Part shown: positions 1-11,456 of the stretch, piece after piece
Position numbering within the stretch: position 1 is the first letter of the stretch
How the letters are laid out: the number at the start of each line of letters is the position of its first letter
Source of the DNA: a virus
DNA: 64,000 nt
IMG/VR virus record: IMGVR_UViG_3300023184_004167
Location: 64,001-128,000 of that record
Direction: 5' to 3' (one strand)
Notes under the pieces: model-generated
Seen by the model: only the letters and a program-made list of their open reading frames with translations
Databases searched by the model: none
Told to the model about the DNA's origin: nothing
Program-made: the position numbers and the translations under genes

Positions 1-1397
1 ACAGACCTTCTAGTTCCTTTAGATTTAAAAATATACGCAGAGTTTAAAATTAAATTCCTATAAAAAGCGTAATTTAATTCTGTTTCTGTCTGAGCCCTTG
101 CATACCCCGGATATGTTGGAGTATTTTTATTACCAAAAATAGATGATAAATAATCTTTATTGGTTATAGGAGAAAAATTTGAACCCCACCCTAATGTTTG
201 TGATAAATCCGTTAATAATTCTGATGGTATATCATTTAAAGGGTTATAGTTTACAGAATTAGCAAATGCCAATCCATCAATGTATTGTTTAATTTGGTCA
301 AAACTTCTTCCGTAGAGTTGAAACACTTTTTCAACTTTTCTACCCATTGTATCAAATTCTTTTAACGACCCAGATGTTAAAAATCTTGATATTAAATTTG
401 TTTTAAATGAATCTAAATTTTCCGCAATCATTTGCAATTGAACCAAATAATCATCAAATAAAAATGACCTAATATCTAAATTCCACACACCATCTTTTGG
501 AAATGTAACTTGTTGATAATTTGGATAGAATTGTCCATCAGCGTTTTGTGCCGGTACTTGAAAAGTTGCGGTATAAACTGGTTGAACTAACCTATTTAAT
601 AAAAATTGTTCTATTTCATCAAAATTTTCAGCAAAAGTTTTATCAACAATGTAGTCATTTGGTCTTATTTGAAAATCATCAACACTTGTTGTTGCAGAAA
701 CCCCAAACGGAGAACCTGAAATATAAAACGCAATATATCCACTATTTGATGTTTGTGCTGGTTGAAAAGATACCACCTTAAACTCAACACCTTTAATTAT
801 TAAAGCATAATCTAAATAAGTTTGATATAAATTTCTATATACCGAAGTAACATCAAGACTAAGATTGGCATTCGTCACATCGCTAACCCAATAGTTAATA
901 TTGAACGGATTATGTATCCTATCAACATTAATTTCTAAATATGTCTCATCATTTACTTGGTTATATGATATATTAGATGCAGTATTACCTATTGTAAAAT
1001 CAGGCATTGTATACTGAATATCTAAAGACGCAGGAAAATAATTTATAATTTTTGTTACAGAAACACTTAACCTTTTCGCCAAAGAACCATACATTGAAAA
1101 GTTTAGAACCTGAGTAATATCATAATTCGGATAAACCCTAAATTGTTCCGATACCCTATTGCTCTGTAAAACATTTTCAAGGTTTAAATCCGCCAAGTTT
1201 ACAGGTGCAGCAAAAGCTCCAACCCCAAACGTTCTATTAACTTTTTCTACAACCGATGTCGTAAACTCAAAATTACCTTGCGTAAGCCCTCCACCATCTA
1301 CGGTTTGCAGACCAACAATATTATCCGAGAAAGTTCCCGCACCACTGGCAGGTCTTGGGGGATAAAAATATTTTGTTTTATTAATTGTTATTGCCAT
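1..1397 (-). CDS. Partial baseplate/tail structural protein that runs off the window start; possibly a wedge protein of the P2 gpI/T4 gp7 type
   Basis: Not in the ORF track. The ATG at 1397 overlaps the stop of the upstream gene (TAATG). The frame is open to position 3: MAITINKTKYFYPPRPASGAG...LSQTLGW...LILNSAYIFKSKGTRRSV. The 'KGT' motif resembles gpI-like wedge proteins. Confidence 0.7.
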   Translation of the reverse strand, partial: MAITINKTKYFYPPRPASGAGTFSDNIVGLQTVDGGGLTQGNFEFTTSVVEKVNRTFGVGAFAAPVNLADLNLENVLQSNRVSEQFRVYPNYDITQVLNFSMYGSLAKRLSVSVTKIINYFPASLDIQYTMPDFTIGNTASNISYNQVNDETYLEINVDRIHNPFNINYWVSDVTNANLSLDVTSVYRNLYQTYLDYALIIKGVEFKVVSFQPAQTSNSGYIAFYISGSPFGVSATTSVDDFQIRPNDYIVDKTFAENFDEIEQFLLNRLVQPVYTATFQVPAQNADGQFYPNYQQVTFPKDGVWNLDIRSFLFDDYLVQLQMIAENLDSFKTNLISRFLTSGSLKEFDTMGRKVEKVFQLYGRSFDQIKQYIDGLAFANSVNYNPLNDIPSELLTDLSQTLGWGSNFSPITNKDYLSSIFGNKNTPTYPGYARAQTETELNYAFYRNLILNSAYIFKSKGTRRS

Positions 1398-2305
1398 TAA
1401 GCGGTTATATTATTGAAACTTTTACTAAAGTCTATATTATTATTTCTATTTTGTCTTACTTCATACAACAATGAATTAAATTGGTCTCTAATCTCAAATA
1501 AATTGTATTGTCTGAATATATTGTTATTAGAATCGTAAATTGTGTATATACCATCATCAATTGATTTGGTTTGATTACCATAAAGAGCAATTGCCAATGT
1601 ATCAATGTCGTATTCAGCCATTTGTATGTCTAATGTAATTGGATTAAAGAATGTGTTTGTAATTATAATATTTTGGTCTGGTTGTCCAATAAATGGTGTT
1701 GCATTTGGTTTGTTTGTTGGTGAAGATGATGGAGATACTGTTAAAAACAATAAATTTGATATTCCATCAACATATCTATATCTTATTGATTTTTGTGTTG
1801 TATTTGTCTGATTAACAACAACAGGTTCACAAAAGAAACAAGATGTTATTATTCTAAAAAAATTTGGTATTTTACTTCCGTCAGTATTTAAATATTCAAT
1901 TCTAAATCCAACTAATCCTTGTGGTACAAATTTATTAATAAATTGTGTTGGTACATTAGATAAATCAACAATAATACCCTTAACATTAGGTAATGCACTT
2001 AAGACACCACAATCAGTAATTGATGTTCTTATTTGTGCAGGTCTTACATATAGAGTATAAAAACCTAACGCATTAAATGTGTTTGCCGGTAATGTTAAAT
2101 TATATAAACCACCTAAGATTTCAACACCTGTGTTTCCTCCTGTCTGAGCATTATTGAAATATGGTCTTAAAAGTGTTGATGCGTCTAACGCCTTTAACAC
2201 AAAATTATCTGTTACATCCCTAGATGGTGTGTAAACCATCGTTATCTCAATATCTTCAGGACTTACGTCCGCCGGTCTTACAGTGCCATAGGTACCAATA
2301 GCCAT
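1397..2305 (-). CDS. Hypothetical phage structural protein, 302 aa
   Basis: Long ORF in the baseplate cluster, beta-rich composition, TATTTAT motif upstream. Confidence 0.6.
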   Translation of the reverse strand: MAIGTYGTVRPADVSPEDIEITMVYTPSRDVTDNFVLKALDASTLLRPYFNNAQTGGNTGVEILGGLYNLTLPANTFNALGFYTLYVRPAQIRTSITDCGVLSALPNVKGIIVDLSNVPTQFINKFVPQGLVGFRIEYLNTDGSKIPNFFRIITSCFFCEPVVVNQTNTTQKSIRYRYVDGISNLLFLTVSPSSSPTNKPNATPFIGQPDQNIIITNTFFNPITLDIQMAEYDIDTLAIALYGNQTKSIDDGIYTIYDSNNNIFRQYNLFEIRDQFNSLLYEVRQNRNNNIDFSKSFNNITA

Positions 2306-2368
2306 TTTTTATGATTTTAGTCTTTTATTGTTTTATTTTAAATTTCTATATTTTATAAATACTTTTTT

Positions 2369-3448
2369 TTACATTTTCTTCTCAACATTAAAGAAGCCAT
2401 ACCCATAATTTACTAAATCACCAACATTATCTACCTCACCCAATCTTTGTAATCTTTCATATGCACTATTTTTACCTCTCTCAACATAAACATCACTTTG
2501 AATTTGTGGTTGGTCAATAACATTAATTAACACCTCTTGTTTTATAATAGGTGTTGCTGTTATATTATCTGTAGTAAACCCTGACGAATCCATAAAAAAT
2601 AATGTAGTCCCATCAGAATAGTCATAATAATCAATGTTTTGTATGGTATATCCTGTGAAATTAGGGTTAATAGAATTTATTATACCATATATCTCCCTGT
2701 TTTTAAAAATAGGAACCCCTTGTACATATTTTTGAGAACCATATTGTTCCAAATCTTGAAGTCTAGATACAGTTTCCCCCGAAACAACATATGGTGTTGT
2801 AACATATGTTGATGATGTCTGAGTACTAACGGAATTCTCCGCATCTCCAGAAAATATATAATTATAACTTACGGGTGTTGCCGACCAATTACCTAAATTT
2901 GATATAAAATATGCAGTACCCTTCGGATTACTTATAGTCTCTAACTTATATGGTAAATTAATTTTTTTGTCTACTCTAACCATTCCCCAAGGATTTTTTT
3001 GTTCAAGGGTTATTGTATATTGTCCACTAGCGTTAGGATAGGTGTGTGTCAAATAATTGGGGGCATAAGTTGTTATTGGTTGCACCACACTTCCGTCCCC
3101 CCAATTAACAGTATATTGAGATAGTTCTAAAAACTTTTGAAATTCGTCAGAAGTATTATACACATTAACCGTATATGGTGTTGAAGTTGTTGATGAAAAT
3201 AAAAAATTTGTAACAACATCTTTTTGTTGAATTGCTCCATCAAACGGGTCATAATAACCCATATCATTAATTGTCTCCGTTATTAATATTGGAATAGTTA
3301 GTCCAGTTAAGAGTGAATACCCATTTGTTCCACCACTAATAACTTCAGTCATTGCTGAATACACACCAATACTTTGCCCGCTGTAAGTTATTGTTACTAA
3401 GTCTCGTTTAATTGTTTCAGGTGATATTACTATATTATAATAGTCCAT
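2369..3448 (-). CDS. Structural protein with a PKD-like Ig domain
   Basis: YTVNWGDGS...HTYPNASGQYTITLEQKN matches the PKD signature (W-x-GDG, H-T-Y, G-x-Y-x-I-x-L). Confidence 0.6.
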   Translation of the reverse strand: MDYYNIVISPETIKRDLVTITYSGQSIGVYSAMTEVISGGTNGYSLLTGLTIPILITETINDMGYYDPFDGAIQQKDVVTNFLFSSTTSTPYTVNVYNTSDEFQKFLELSQYTVNWGDGSVVQPITTYAPNYLTHTYPNASGQYTITLEQKNPWGMVRVDKKINLPYKLETISNPKGTAYFISNLGNWSATPVSYNYIFSGDAENSVSTQTSSTYVTTPYVVSGETVSRLQDLEQYGSQKYVQGVPIFKNREIYGIINSINPNFTGYTIQNIDYYDYSDGTTLFFMDSSGFTTDNITATPIIKQEVLINVIDQPQIQSDVYVERGKNSAYERLQRLGEVDNVGDLVNYGYGFFNVEKKM

Positions 3449-3450
3449 TA

Positions 3451-4260
3451 TTATGGGTTTACGTATTCATACCAAGTTATGGGTGTTGTTGTTCCCACCC
3501 TAAGATTCAAACTTGTATTTGTAGGGTCAAATCTAAAAATACTATAGGTTTGATTGACATAATTAAACACAACTCTATAATAAAAATACTTAATAGAATC
3601 AAAATTATATGTTTCGCTTGGTGATAAAGAACCTTGTGATTCATTCATCATTTTTGTAAATTTCCCTGTTTTTGCATTAAAAAATTTAGCCGTCATATAA
3701 AATGTATTTATACTTAAAAAATCTAATTTTTTTAACCAATAGAAGAAAAATCCTTCCTTATCTCCAACATAATCTAAAGTAAATTTTGGTATTTTAATAT
3801 TAACAGGTGTAGTATTTAACATTGAGTTAACTTTATATCCCTGTTGTGTTGGTATTATTACTGTTATGTAGTTAGTTTGTTTTTTGTCATCAACTGTATC
3901 ATAAAAATCCAATTTAAAAAATGATTTTGTGAAATCATTACTAAAATAGTATATATCTTTTACTGTAAGTCCCTCAGGTAGATAACTATTATTCCAACTA
4001 TTTGGTGTGGTTAAAGAACCTCCTGAATAAAAATAAAATTCATAGTTTATCTCAGTTTTATTTGTTGTTGGTTCAACATCATGCGGAAATCTACTAACTT
4101 CAAAGTCATAACCTTCACCAATAACATCTTTAACAACCTCATCCTCATATTTGTCAATTGACTGGTCTTGCCCCGCAAAGTCCCATTTAATTTCAATTGG
4201 AATGGTTATTTGTTTATCTCCGGTACCATCCATCCTTATTATGTATTTACTCACATCCAT
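3451..4260 (-). CDS. Hypothetical phage structural protein, 269 aa
   Basis: ORF tightly packed against or overlapping its neighbours; aromatic and beta-rich. Confidence 0.55.
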   Translation of the reverse strand: MDVSKYIIRMDGTGDKQITIPIEIKWDFAGQDQSIDKYEDEVVKDVIGEGYDFEVSRFPHDVEPTTNKTEINYEFYFYSGGSLTTPNSWNNSYLPEGLTVKDIYYFSNDFTKSFFKLDFYDTVDDKKQTNYITVIIPTQQGYKVNSMLNTTPVNIKIPKFTLDYVGDKEGFFFYWLKKLDFLSINTFYMTAKFFNAKTGKFTKMMNESQGSLSPSETYNFDSIKYFYYRVVFNYVNQTYSIFRFDPTNTSLNLRVGTTTPITWYEYVNP

Positions 4261-5947
4261 CTATTTTTGGTTTTACTGGTACGTTTATTCCTGTTATATA
4301 ATTATTTGTGTTTATACCTTCAGGTGATAACCTAAATATTATATTTCCAAATGGATATTGTGCATTATTTAAATACGGATAATCAACTCCTCTACCAAGT
4401 TCATCAATAAACCCATAATCATAAATGTCTCTCCATCTAAATTCTTGGTCAGTTTCAGAAAAAAATGAATATGATGGTATATTATCAACATCATTAATAC
4501 TTCCTGTTTCAATATAGTCTGAATAAACTTTTAATGTTGTTGAATGATGTGGGCGATAATAATACCCATCACCATTTGTTGTTTGTCCTGTCGTTGTTTG
4601 AAAATTATCCTGATTAAATTTTATCTTATTATAATATGGCGAGATTACTCTTTCTACTTGCTCATAATCATTCCACTCACAAAAATCACCATCAATAACA
4701 TCTCCAAGATTTAAATTATTGTTATAATAAAATGTTTTGGTATTTCCGGTATCATTATAAGATGACACACTTATATTTGAGTTTGAATCAATATTATTAT
4801 CATCCCACCACGGATTATTTGTTTCTGTTATATTAAAAAACCAACCCTGTTTTAATCCCACATTATTCCCAAATGGTTTATTAAAATAACCTGAATACCC
4901 TTTATTAATAATTGTTAAAAATATTTCACTAATGGGTCTTTTTTGATTATCTAATAAAATACTTAAATCTAAATCTTTTTTGCTTGTTATTGTATAAGCA
5001 TTACTACTACTTTTTTGAGATATCCTTGTTAATCCATTGGGTGTTATAGAACTTAAAGTCAGTTGTTTACTCTCAAGAAATGCATTCTTTTGAAACCCTG
5101 TTTTTGTAATAATAATATCATCATTATTTGTTAATATCTTATGTTCTCTAATATAATATTTTGATGTTGATTCTAAGGGGTTTTCAAAGTTGGCAACCCT
5201 TTTGAACACCCCTGTTTTATTGTTTAAAAATGTAGTTCCTGTATACCCAATATCATAGACATTAAAAACAAAAATATCACTATCTAAGGTGTCATTACCT
5301 AATGAATAAACCTCAAAAATGTTAGTATTATTATAACTAAAAGAAAGTTTAACAGATTCGGAAACTTTTAATCCGTGAGGCATAACACACTCAAAAGAAA
5401 TTATTTTATCACCATTTGATGTACTTTTTTTAATAATAAATGGTATTCCAGTACTAGCCGTCCAAGTTAAATTATTATTATTTAAAGTATAACTTAGTTT
5501 TTTATTATAATCGTTACTATATGGATAACTAACATAATAACTCCAATTATAAGTGTAAGCACTTTTTGATTCATAAGTAATATGTTGGTCAACCACATTT
5601 GGTCTAAAAAAATCAAATTCAAAAAATTGGGGGTACCCATACCATACATTACTAAAAATTGATATTTCTGGGTTTACATAATATAGATTATATAAAAATG
5701 GTGTATAATTTGTTGTTCCAATATATGAATTACTATATAAATAACTTATTTCAAATGCCGGTCTGAATACTGAAGATGCTTGTCTTTCATCATTATAAAC
5801 TTGAGATAATCCTACCGTTCTAATTCTATCATATTCTGTTATTACCCTAGCCTCATTATTTAATGATATTGCGATTCTTTGGTCAACAGACGGAGCAGAC
5901 TTATACTCTAATTGGCTCGGTATTATTCTATAATCATATAGTTTCAA
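4247..5947 (-). CDS. Hypothetical phage structural protein, 566 aa
   Basis: ORF overlapping both neighbours in the baseplate operon. Confidence 0.55.
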   Translation of the reverse strand: MKLYDYRIIPSQLEYKSAPSVDQRIAISLNNEARVITEYDRIRTVGLSQVYNDERQASSVFRPAFEISYLYSNSYIGTTNYTPFLYNLYYVNPEISIFSNVWYGYPQFFEFDFFRPNVVDQHITYESKSAYTYNWSYYVSYPYSNDYNKKLSYTLNNNNLTWTASTGIPFIIKKSTSNGDKIISFECVMPHGLKVSESVKLSFSYNNTNIFEVYSLGNDTLDSDIFVFNVYDIGYTGTTFLNNKTGVFKRVANFENPLESTSKYYIREHKILTNNDDIIITKTGFQKNAFLESKQLTLSSITPNGLTRISQKSSSNAYTITSKKDLDLSILLDNQKRPISEIFLTIINKGYSGYFNKPFGNNVGLKQGWFFNITETNNPWWDDNNIDSNSNISVSSYNDTGNTKTFYYNNNLNLGDVIDGDFCEWNDYEQVERVISPYYNKIKFNQDNFQTTTGQTTNGDGYYYRPHHSTTLKVYSDYIETGSINDVDNIPSYSFFSETDQEFRWRDIYDYGFIDELGRGVDYPYLNNAQYPFGNIIFRLSPEGINTNNYITGINVPVKPKIDGCE

Positions 5948-8900
5948 TTCCTAAGTATTTTACATTAAATTTATCTAAAGCATTATTGCCTCTCACTAAT
6001 CCAAAATAAAAGAAGAATGGAGCGCCTACAGTAACATTAGTACTATTTAATAATGTTTGTCCTACCACTCTATCACCTTCAAAATCATACCCTGTTGCCG
6101 GTGGAACTGCGGGTTTAACATTAAAAATAAATCCTTTTTGAAATAACGGAATATTCACCTGTCCCATAAAATAATTAGAGGTAGGGTTAAGTCTATCTAA
6201 TGATTGGTATTTAAACTTTTGAATATCAGTTCCGCTTGTTCCCCATTCATTTTTTTCACCACCAAATATAGTACTTGTTCCTTGGTCAATATTCCACTTA
6301 TACATTGGGACATATTGAGTAAAAATTGGTAAGTTATCAAATATACCAGGATATGTTAAATCATTTCTTATAATCCTTCTGGGTGATACATAATCTCTTG
6401 TTTGTGTCTCAGATGAAAAGAATATTCCAATAGTCTTCTTACCAACATAAAATGTATTATTTCCTGTTGACCCAGTAGAATAATAATAAGTTTCAAAATC
6501 AAATTCATCCACACCTATTTCAGAATTAACCGAAATTGCTTGTGAATAGTCTCCATCAAATCTTGCATTTTTTCTTGAGAAGAACGTATTAACTGAAGCG
6601 TCTCCAGCACCAAATAATTGTGCTAAAAATGATGAACTTACTTGTCTTGATATTACAAATAAATTAAGAATATTTGAAATGTCTTTATATGTTGTTTGCG
6701 ACATTTTATCCATATTATATCCATAATAATTCTCAGAAAGTGTTAACTCATATGCAAATTCATCTCTTGGACCTAAATCCATAATTGTTGTTGGAAACAA
6801 AAGTTGTAATTTATTTCTATGGGTTGAATTGTTTGGTGTCATTCCAATAAATTTATTGGAAGAAGCATTATATGGACTTGACCTATAAAAAAAGTTGTTT
6901 GTTACTGGATGCAACATCACAACGTCTTTACAATATTTGTTAAATGGTTTATTTGTTCCTGGCGTAAATAATCTTTTGTTTTTTATTGGGAACGCATATA
7001 AAGTTCCATTAATCCAATTATTAACAAATGAATGTCCAAATAGTCCTCTACACGCAGCCAAATTAACTTTAAATCTTGATTTCCATTCACTTAATTGTTG
7101 GAAATCTCTTAATAATCTAAGAATTGGTTTGTCGACAAAAATATAACATCCGTTTCTAACAATACTTGGTTTATGATAACAATCATCTGCTGCAGGTTTT
7201 ACTCCGAATGATTCACCATAACCAGAATAACATTTTAAGGGAACAAGTCCTTCACAAGTAAATGTGCTCACAAATTGTCCTTCAAATTGACTTGGGTCAT
7301 CTTCTGCGTTATCACCACTTGTATAACCAACAGAGTATTCAGGATATGAAATACTTACGGTTCCATCATCACTATATGAAAAAACTGAAAATCCTGTATT
7401 CTGATGTAACATAAATGTATTATTTCCTTGTACATCATCCCTTGTTGTTGAGGTTGGAAGTCTATCCGTTCTCATAACAACTTTTTGAGTTCCTTGTATG
7501 AAAATTGTTGTTGTTCCTGTTGAATAGGCAGGAGAAAAATAAACAAAATCATTTTCTAAAATTCTATAATTTGTAATTAGATTATAAGGGTATACTCCGT
7601 TTATATGAGAATTATCAACATGAGGAGTCATATAAAAATAACTACCACCTTCAATATATTCATTATCATAATATCCTCTATGTTGTTTGTTATTTGCTCG
7701 GGCAGATAAGTCTAAATAATGAAAAGGACTATTTGACTGCTCATAAGCACCCGCATTAATTGTACTGAAATTATACACAAAATAACCAGGGGCTGCAAAA
7801 ACGTTATTTTGCCCATTTGCCGCAAGATAAAATTGTCCACCACCAACAGATATAGTTCTAATTTTAGTTGTATCTAATTTTGTGTTAGAATTTGTAGAGT
7901 CAACTTGAAAAGTTGCCCCTGTTGTTATTGTCATATCTAAAGATGAATAATTCGCAATTAAATTAGTAGTATATGAAGAAAATGTCTGAGGAACATTATA
8001 GATATATGAATCAAAAAATATTGGTCTATTAACGCTTAATGTTTGATTTGTTGTTATTTGATTATGTCTCGGTAGAACAAGTCCAGGTTGGATTGGTATA
8101 TTTAACTTATAATCACCACTAACAATCAGACTACCATAAGCCTTTCCAAATAATCTACTAACATCAATAGTCATAGGTTGTCTTGCCGAGTTGGGGTCAA
8201 CACCTCTAACTAAAAAGGCAACAACAAATTGTTTTTGGTCAGGCATAGTATATATTGGTCTGTACGTATTCCACGCAGTATTATACACAAATTGCAAACC
8301 ATATCGTAGAGCTTCAGTAAACATTGTCATAAAATTATCCGTAAATCTATACCTTAAAGAATTAAATTCTGTAACACCCGAGTTATTATATTGTCCTACA
8401 GGTACTACTGGATTTAAATTACAAAAATTACCATATGTTGTTGCGGTTATTACTTGAAAATATTCAATATCTGTTGGGAATTTTTGAATAACCCCTTGTC
8501 TGTATGCTTGAAGAGTAACTCCTGTTATTGTAATATTAATGTCATCTAATAAATCTGTTCCACCAATTTGAGTACCCAAAATCCTTATTGTATCATCCAC
8601 ACTATACCCATATCCCGCATTACTTAAGTTAACTGACGTTACAACCCCACCGACAACAACAATATTAAATGAAGCGTTTACACCCACACTTGTTGTTGTA
8701 CCAATAATATTAATATATGTACTATTAATTGCACCAGTTCCAAATGCCTCATATCCAAATGAAGTTATTTGTCCTTCTGTGTTAGGGATTAATATATCAT
8801 TAGTCGCACCACTTTGGTTTACAATATATTGTGTTGTTAACAATGTATTTCCACTAGAATCAAATGGGCTGGCATAACCAACAGTAATACTTGTTAATCC

Positions 8901-11369
8901 ATTACTTATAGGCGTTCCAACAACCGCATTTGTTCCAATAACTTCCCCGTCAACATTTTTATAATTTGTTGTTGTCGCACCAGTTAAATTAACATCTTTT
9001 GAAAATAAACCACCATTAAATGATATGATTGCTCCCGGTGTAAATGTTTCTGAGCATCCTTCATCAATTAAAAGTGCCATTACATTATCATTATGAAATT
9101 TTCCAGGATTTAATGACGGATTAATTGAAACTTTAATTTGATTCCATCCTCCCCCCACTAAATTATTAAAATATTTCCCTTTAGTATTAAATAAGTTTAA
9201 TCTTTCAGATAATGTTAAATCTTGTGAATGCCATTGATATGCTGACCCATTACAAGTACCCAATAATGAGGCTGGCGTTCTTTTCCAATATTTATTTGCA
9301 CCATTTCCCGCCAATAATTCCTCTATCACAGGATTTTCGTCTCCACATCTAGCAACTATTTGTTCACAAATAGTTGGTGACGTTACCAGCGCCATTGCAA
9401 TGAATGGGTCATCAGCACAATATTGTTCGTCAGTAATATTTGAGAACCCATTAGCACTCTGAGTGTCAATTGTACAAGATAATGATTGACTTTGTTGTGC
9501 CCTTATCGCAAACTGCATCGCCTCAGTCTGATTAGTATTTATTGTTTCACTTTTACAATTACACATCTCACAGTCAGGATATGTAATCATAGGTATTGCA
9601 ATCTTTTTAAAAGGGTCTCCAATTTTATTAAATAATTCTTTAAAACTTGGTGGTTTTTTACAATGGGGGTTTACACCAGGTATTGCATCAACAACCCTAC
9701 AAAGTATATATATTATCCATAAAATAGCCCCATAAACAATTGCAAATATTGCTTTAAACAACGGCCAAATAAACGCCAATATGTGAAGAATCGGTATTAT
9801 TTGATAAAAATTTATCATATTTAATACAAGGAAAAAATTCACAATGTTAAAAACTATATCAAAATTTCTTACTCCATCATTTGTTGGAAACTTATAATTG
9901 GTACTATCACAAGTAGTATCAGTAATTTGTTTTATACCGATAAATCTACCCCTATTTGTTCCCTTATGATATAAATCAATTAATTGGGATATTGTATAAA
10001 CTTTATTATAACTAAATTGATAAAATCTATCATCACAATCAATGGCACTTTGTATTATTTTTTTACCTATAGTTGTTCCTGTATTCCCATAATCCGCCCA
10101 GTCTAAACTAAACGCATATGACTTAATAAATTCTTCATAAAGTACTGGGTTTGTAAAACCTAATAATCTTGGGTCTGTATTTGAATTAACCCAACCATTT
10201 TCTCTAATATTTGGTACTAAAAAATATCCCCTTTTAATTGGTGCTCCCAAATCATTAGATTGTTTCCATTTAACTTTAAATCTATATTTTGATTTTGTTG
10301 GTATACCCACTTTTGGGTCGTTTGATATGATTTTTTCACCAAATTCATTCATTATCATATAATCCAAATTCATTGGTAAATCTACAAGCCAAGAACCATC
10401 AGTTTCAATTACATCATTTCCACCATCAAAATTATATTGTTCTAATATTGGTCTACCATTTGTATCTTGAAATATTGTTTGTCTAATACATAATATTTGA
10501 CCAGGCCCTGCAACCAAACTACACATATTACCCATTTCTGTTGGCGGTTTACAAAAAACCTTCATTGGTTTGGTATCTACCGAAGAAACAACTGAGCCCA
10601 TAAAAACCGCAGTTGGCTGAATGTCAATATTTGCATCATCCCTTAAATCAAAATCAACCCGATTTATTGCAATTTGACATATATTTGGGTCTCCCCATAA
10701 TGGAGAAATATCTATGGATTTACTTAAGGAAACTATTTGTGGTAATGAATTTAAATCACTTGAACTTTTAAATTGAGGCCCAGAAACTTGTTTTTCTGTT
10801 GCTCTACCCATTCTTATTAAATCTTGTGGAGATAAAGAAAACTCACCTATGTCAGATAAATCCAAATCCATAAAAACAAGATGAACCCCTAATGGAACTC
10901 CCATTATCATATAATCACCACTATCATTTGTTTTTACAGTAAATTTGTAATACTTGTCATATATCTCAATTGCTGTGGAATCTATTGTAGCATCTAATCT
11001 TGATGGGAATGTTCCTGTTGGAACGTGATTTGTGTATGATTTTTCATAAGGTAATAAATTGTACCTATATCCATCCTCATTCCTTATTTCAGGACTTGTA
11101 TATGGATATATTGCAGTAATATTTGGATTAAACTTATCTGTATCTGATATTGGTATAAAAATAGAAAGTTTCGCGTTTGGAATACCAAATCCATTGTTTG
11201 CGGTTATTCTTCCAATAACAACCCCATATTCAGAACAAGACTTTGTATATATCTCTTCTTGTTGTATTTTTAAAGATAAGATTTCAATAAAATTAAAATC
11301 TTGCTCTAATTCAATGTTAATTGTTTTATTAATTCCAATCTCTGTCCTTATTCTTTGTGAAGTTCCCAT
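5934..11369 (-). CDS. Large Cys-rich structural/tail-associated protein, 1811 aa, with an N-terminal carboxypeptidase-regulatory-like beta domain and an internal hydrophobic segment
   Basis: N-terminal GRITANNGFGIPNAKLSIFIP...TNDSGDYMIMGVPLG; hydrophobic run FNIVNFFLVL...AILWIIYILC; lies directly downstream of the gp6-like wedge gene. Confidence 0.55.
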   Translation of the reverse strand: MGTSQRIRTEIGINKTINIELEQDFNFIEILSLKIQQEEIYTKSCSEYGVVIGRITANNGFGIPNAKLSIFIPISDTDKFNPNITAIYPYTSPEIRNEDGYRYNLLPYEKSYTNHVPTGTFPSRLDATIDSTAIEIYDKYYKFTVKTNDSGDYMIMGVPLGVHLVFMDLDLSDIGEFSLSPQDLIRMGRATEKQVSGPQFKSSSDLNSLPQIVSLSKSIDISPLWGDPNICQIAINRVDFDLRDDANIDIQPTAVFMGSVVSSVDTKPMKVFCKPPTEMGNMCSLVAGPGQILCIRQTIFQDTNGRPILEQYNFDGGNDVIETDGSWLVDLPMNLDYMIMNEFGEKIISNDPKVGIPTKSKYRFKVKWKQSNDLGAPIKRGYFLVPNIRENGWVNSNTDPRLLGFTNPVLYEEFIKSYAFSLDWADYGNTGTTIGKKIIQSAIDCDDRFYQFSYNKVYTISQLIDLYHKGTNRGRFIGIKQITDTTCDSTNYKFPTNDGVRNFDIVFNIVNFFLVLNMINFYQIIPILHILAFIWPLFKAIFAIVYGAILWIIYILCRVVDAIPGVNPHCKKPPSFKELFNKIGDPFKKIAIPMITYPDCEMCNCKSETINTNQTEAMQFAIRAQQSQSLSCTIDTQSANGFSNITDEQYCADDPFIAMALVTSPTICEQIVARCGDENPVIEELLAGNGANKYWKRTPASLLGTCNGSAYQWHSQDLTLSERLNLFNTKGKYFNNLVGGGWNQIKVSINPSLNPGKFHNDNVMALLIDEGCSETFTPGAIISFNGGLFSKDVNLTGATTTNYKNVDGEVIGTNAVVGTPISNGLTSITVGYASPFDSSGNTLLTTQYIVNQSGATNDILIPNTEGQITSFGYEAFGTGAINSTYINIIGTTTSVGVNASFNIVVVGGVVTSVNLSNAGYGYSVDDTIRILGTQIGGTDLLDDINITITGVTLQAYRQGVIQKFPTDIEYFQVITATTYGNFCNLNPVVPVGQYNNSGVTEFNSLRYRFTDNFMTMFTEALRYGLQFVYNTAWNTYRPIYTMPDQKQFVVAFLVRGVDPNSARQPMTIDVSRLFGKAYGSLIVSGDYKLNIPIQPGLVLPRHNQITTNQTLSVNRPIFFDSYIYNVPQTFSSYTTNLIANYSSLDMTITTGATFQVDSTNSNTKLDTTKIRTISVGGGQFYLAANGQNNVFAAPGYFVYNFSTINAGAYEQSNSPFHYLDLSARANNKQHRGYYDNEYIEGGSYFYMTPHVDNSHINGVYPYNLITNYRILENDFVYFSPAYSTGTTTIFIQGTQKVVMRTDRLPTSTTRDDVQGNNTFMLHQNTGFSVFSYSDDGTVSISYPEYSVGYTSGDNAEDDPSQFEGQFVSTFTCEGLVPLKCYSGYGESFGVKPAADDCYHKPSIVRNGCYIFVDKPILRLLRDFQQLSEWKSRFKVNLAACRGLFGHSFVNNWINGTLYAFPIKNKRLFTPGTNKPFNKYCKDVVMLHPVTNNFFYRSSPYNASSNKFIGMTPNNSTHRNKLQLLFPTTIMDLGPRDEFAYELTLSENYYGYNMDKMSQTTYKDISNILNLFVISRQVSSSFLAQLFGAGDASVNTFFSRKNARFDGDYSQAISVNSEIGVDEFDFETYYYSTGSTGNNTFYVGKKTIGIFFSSETQTRDYVSPRRIIRNDLTYPGIFDNLPIFTQYVPMYKWNIDQGTSTIFGGEKNEWGTSGTDIQKFKYQSLDRLNPTSNYFMGQVNIPLFQKGFIFNVKPAVPPATGYDFEGDRVVGQTLLNSTNVTVGAPFFFYFGLVRGNNALDKFNVKYLGIETI

Positions 11370-11456
11370 TAATCCTTTATTGAATAAATAGTTTAGGGCG
11401 AATTTTTCCTAACCCACCAAATTAAAAATAAGCGTAGAATTGAATAAATAAATCAG

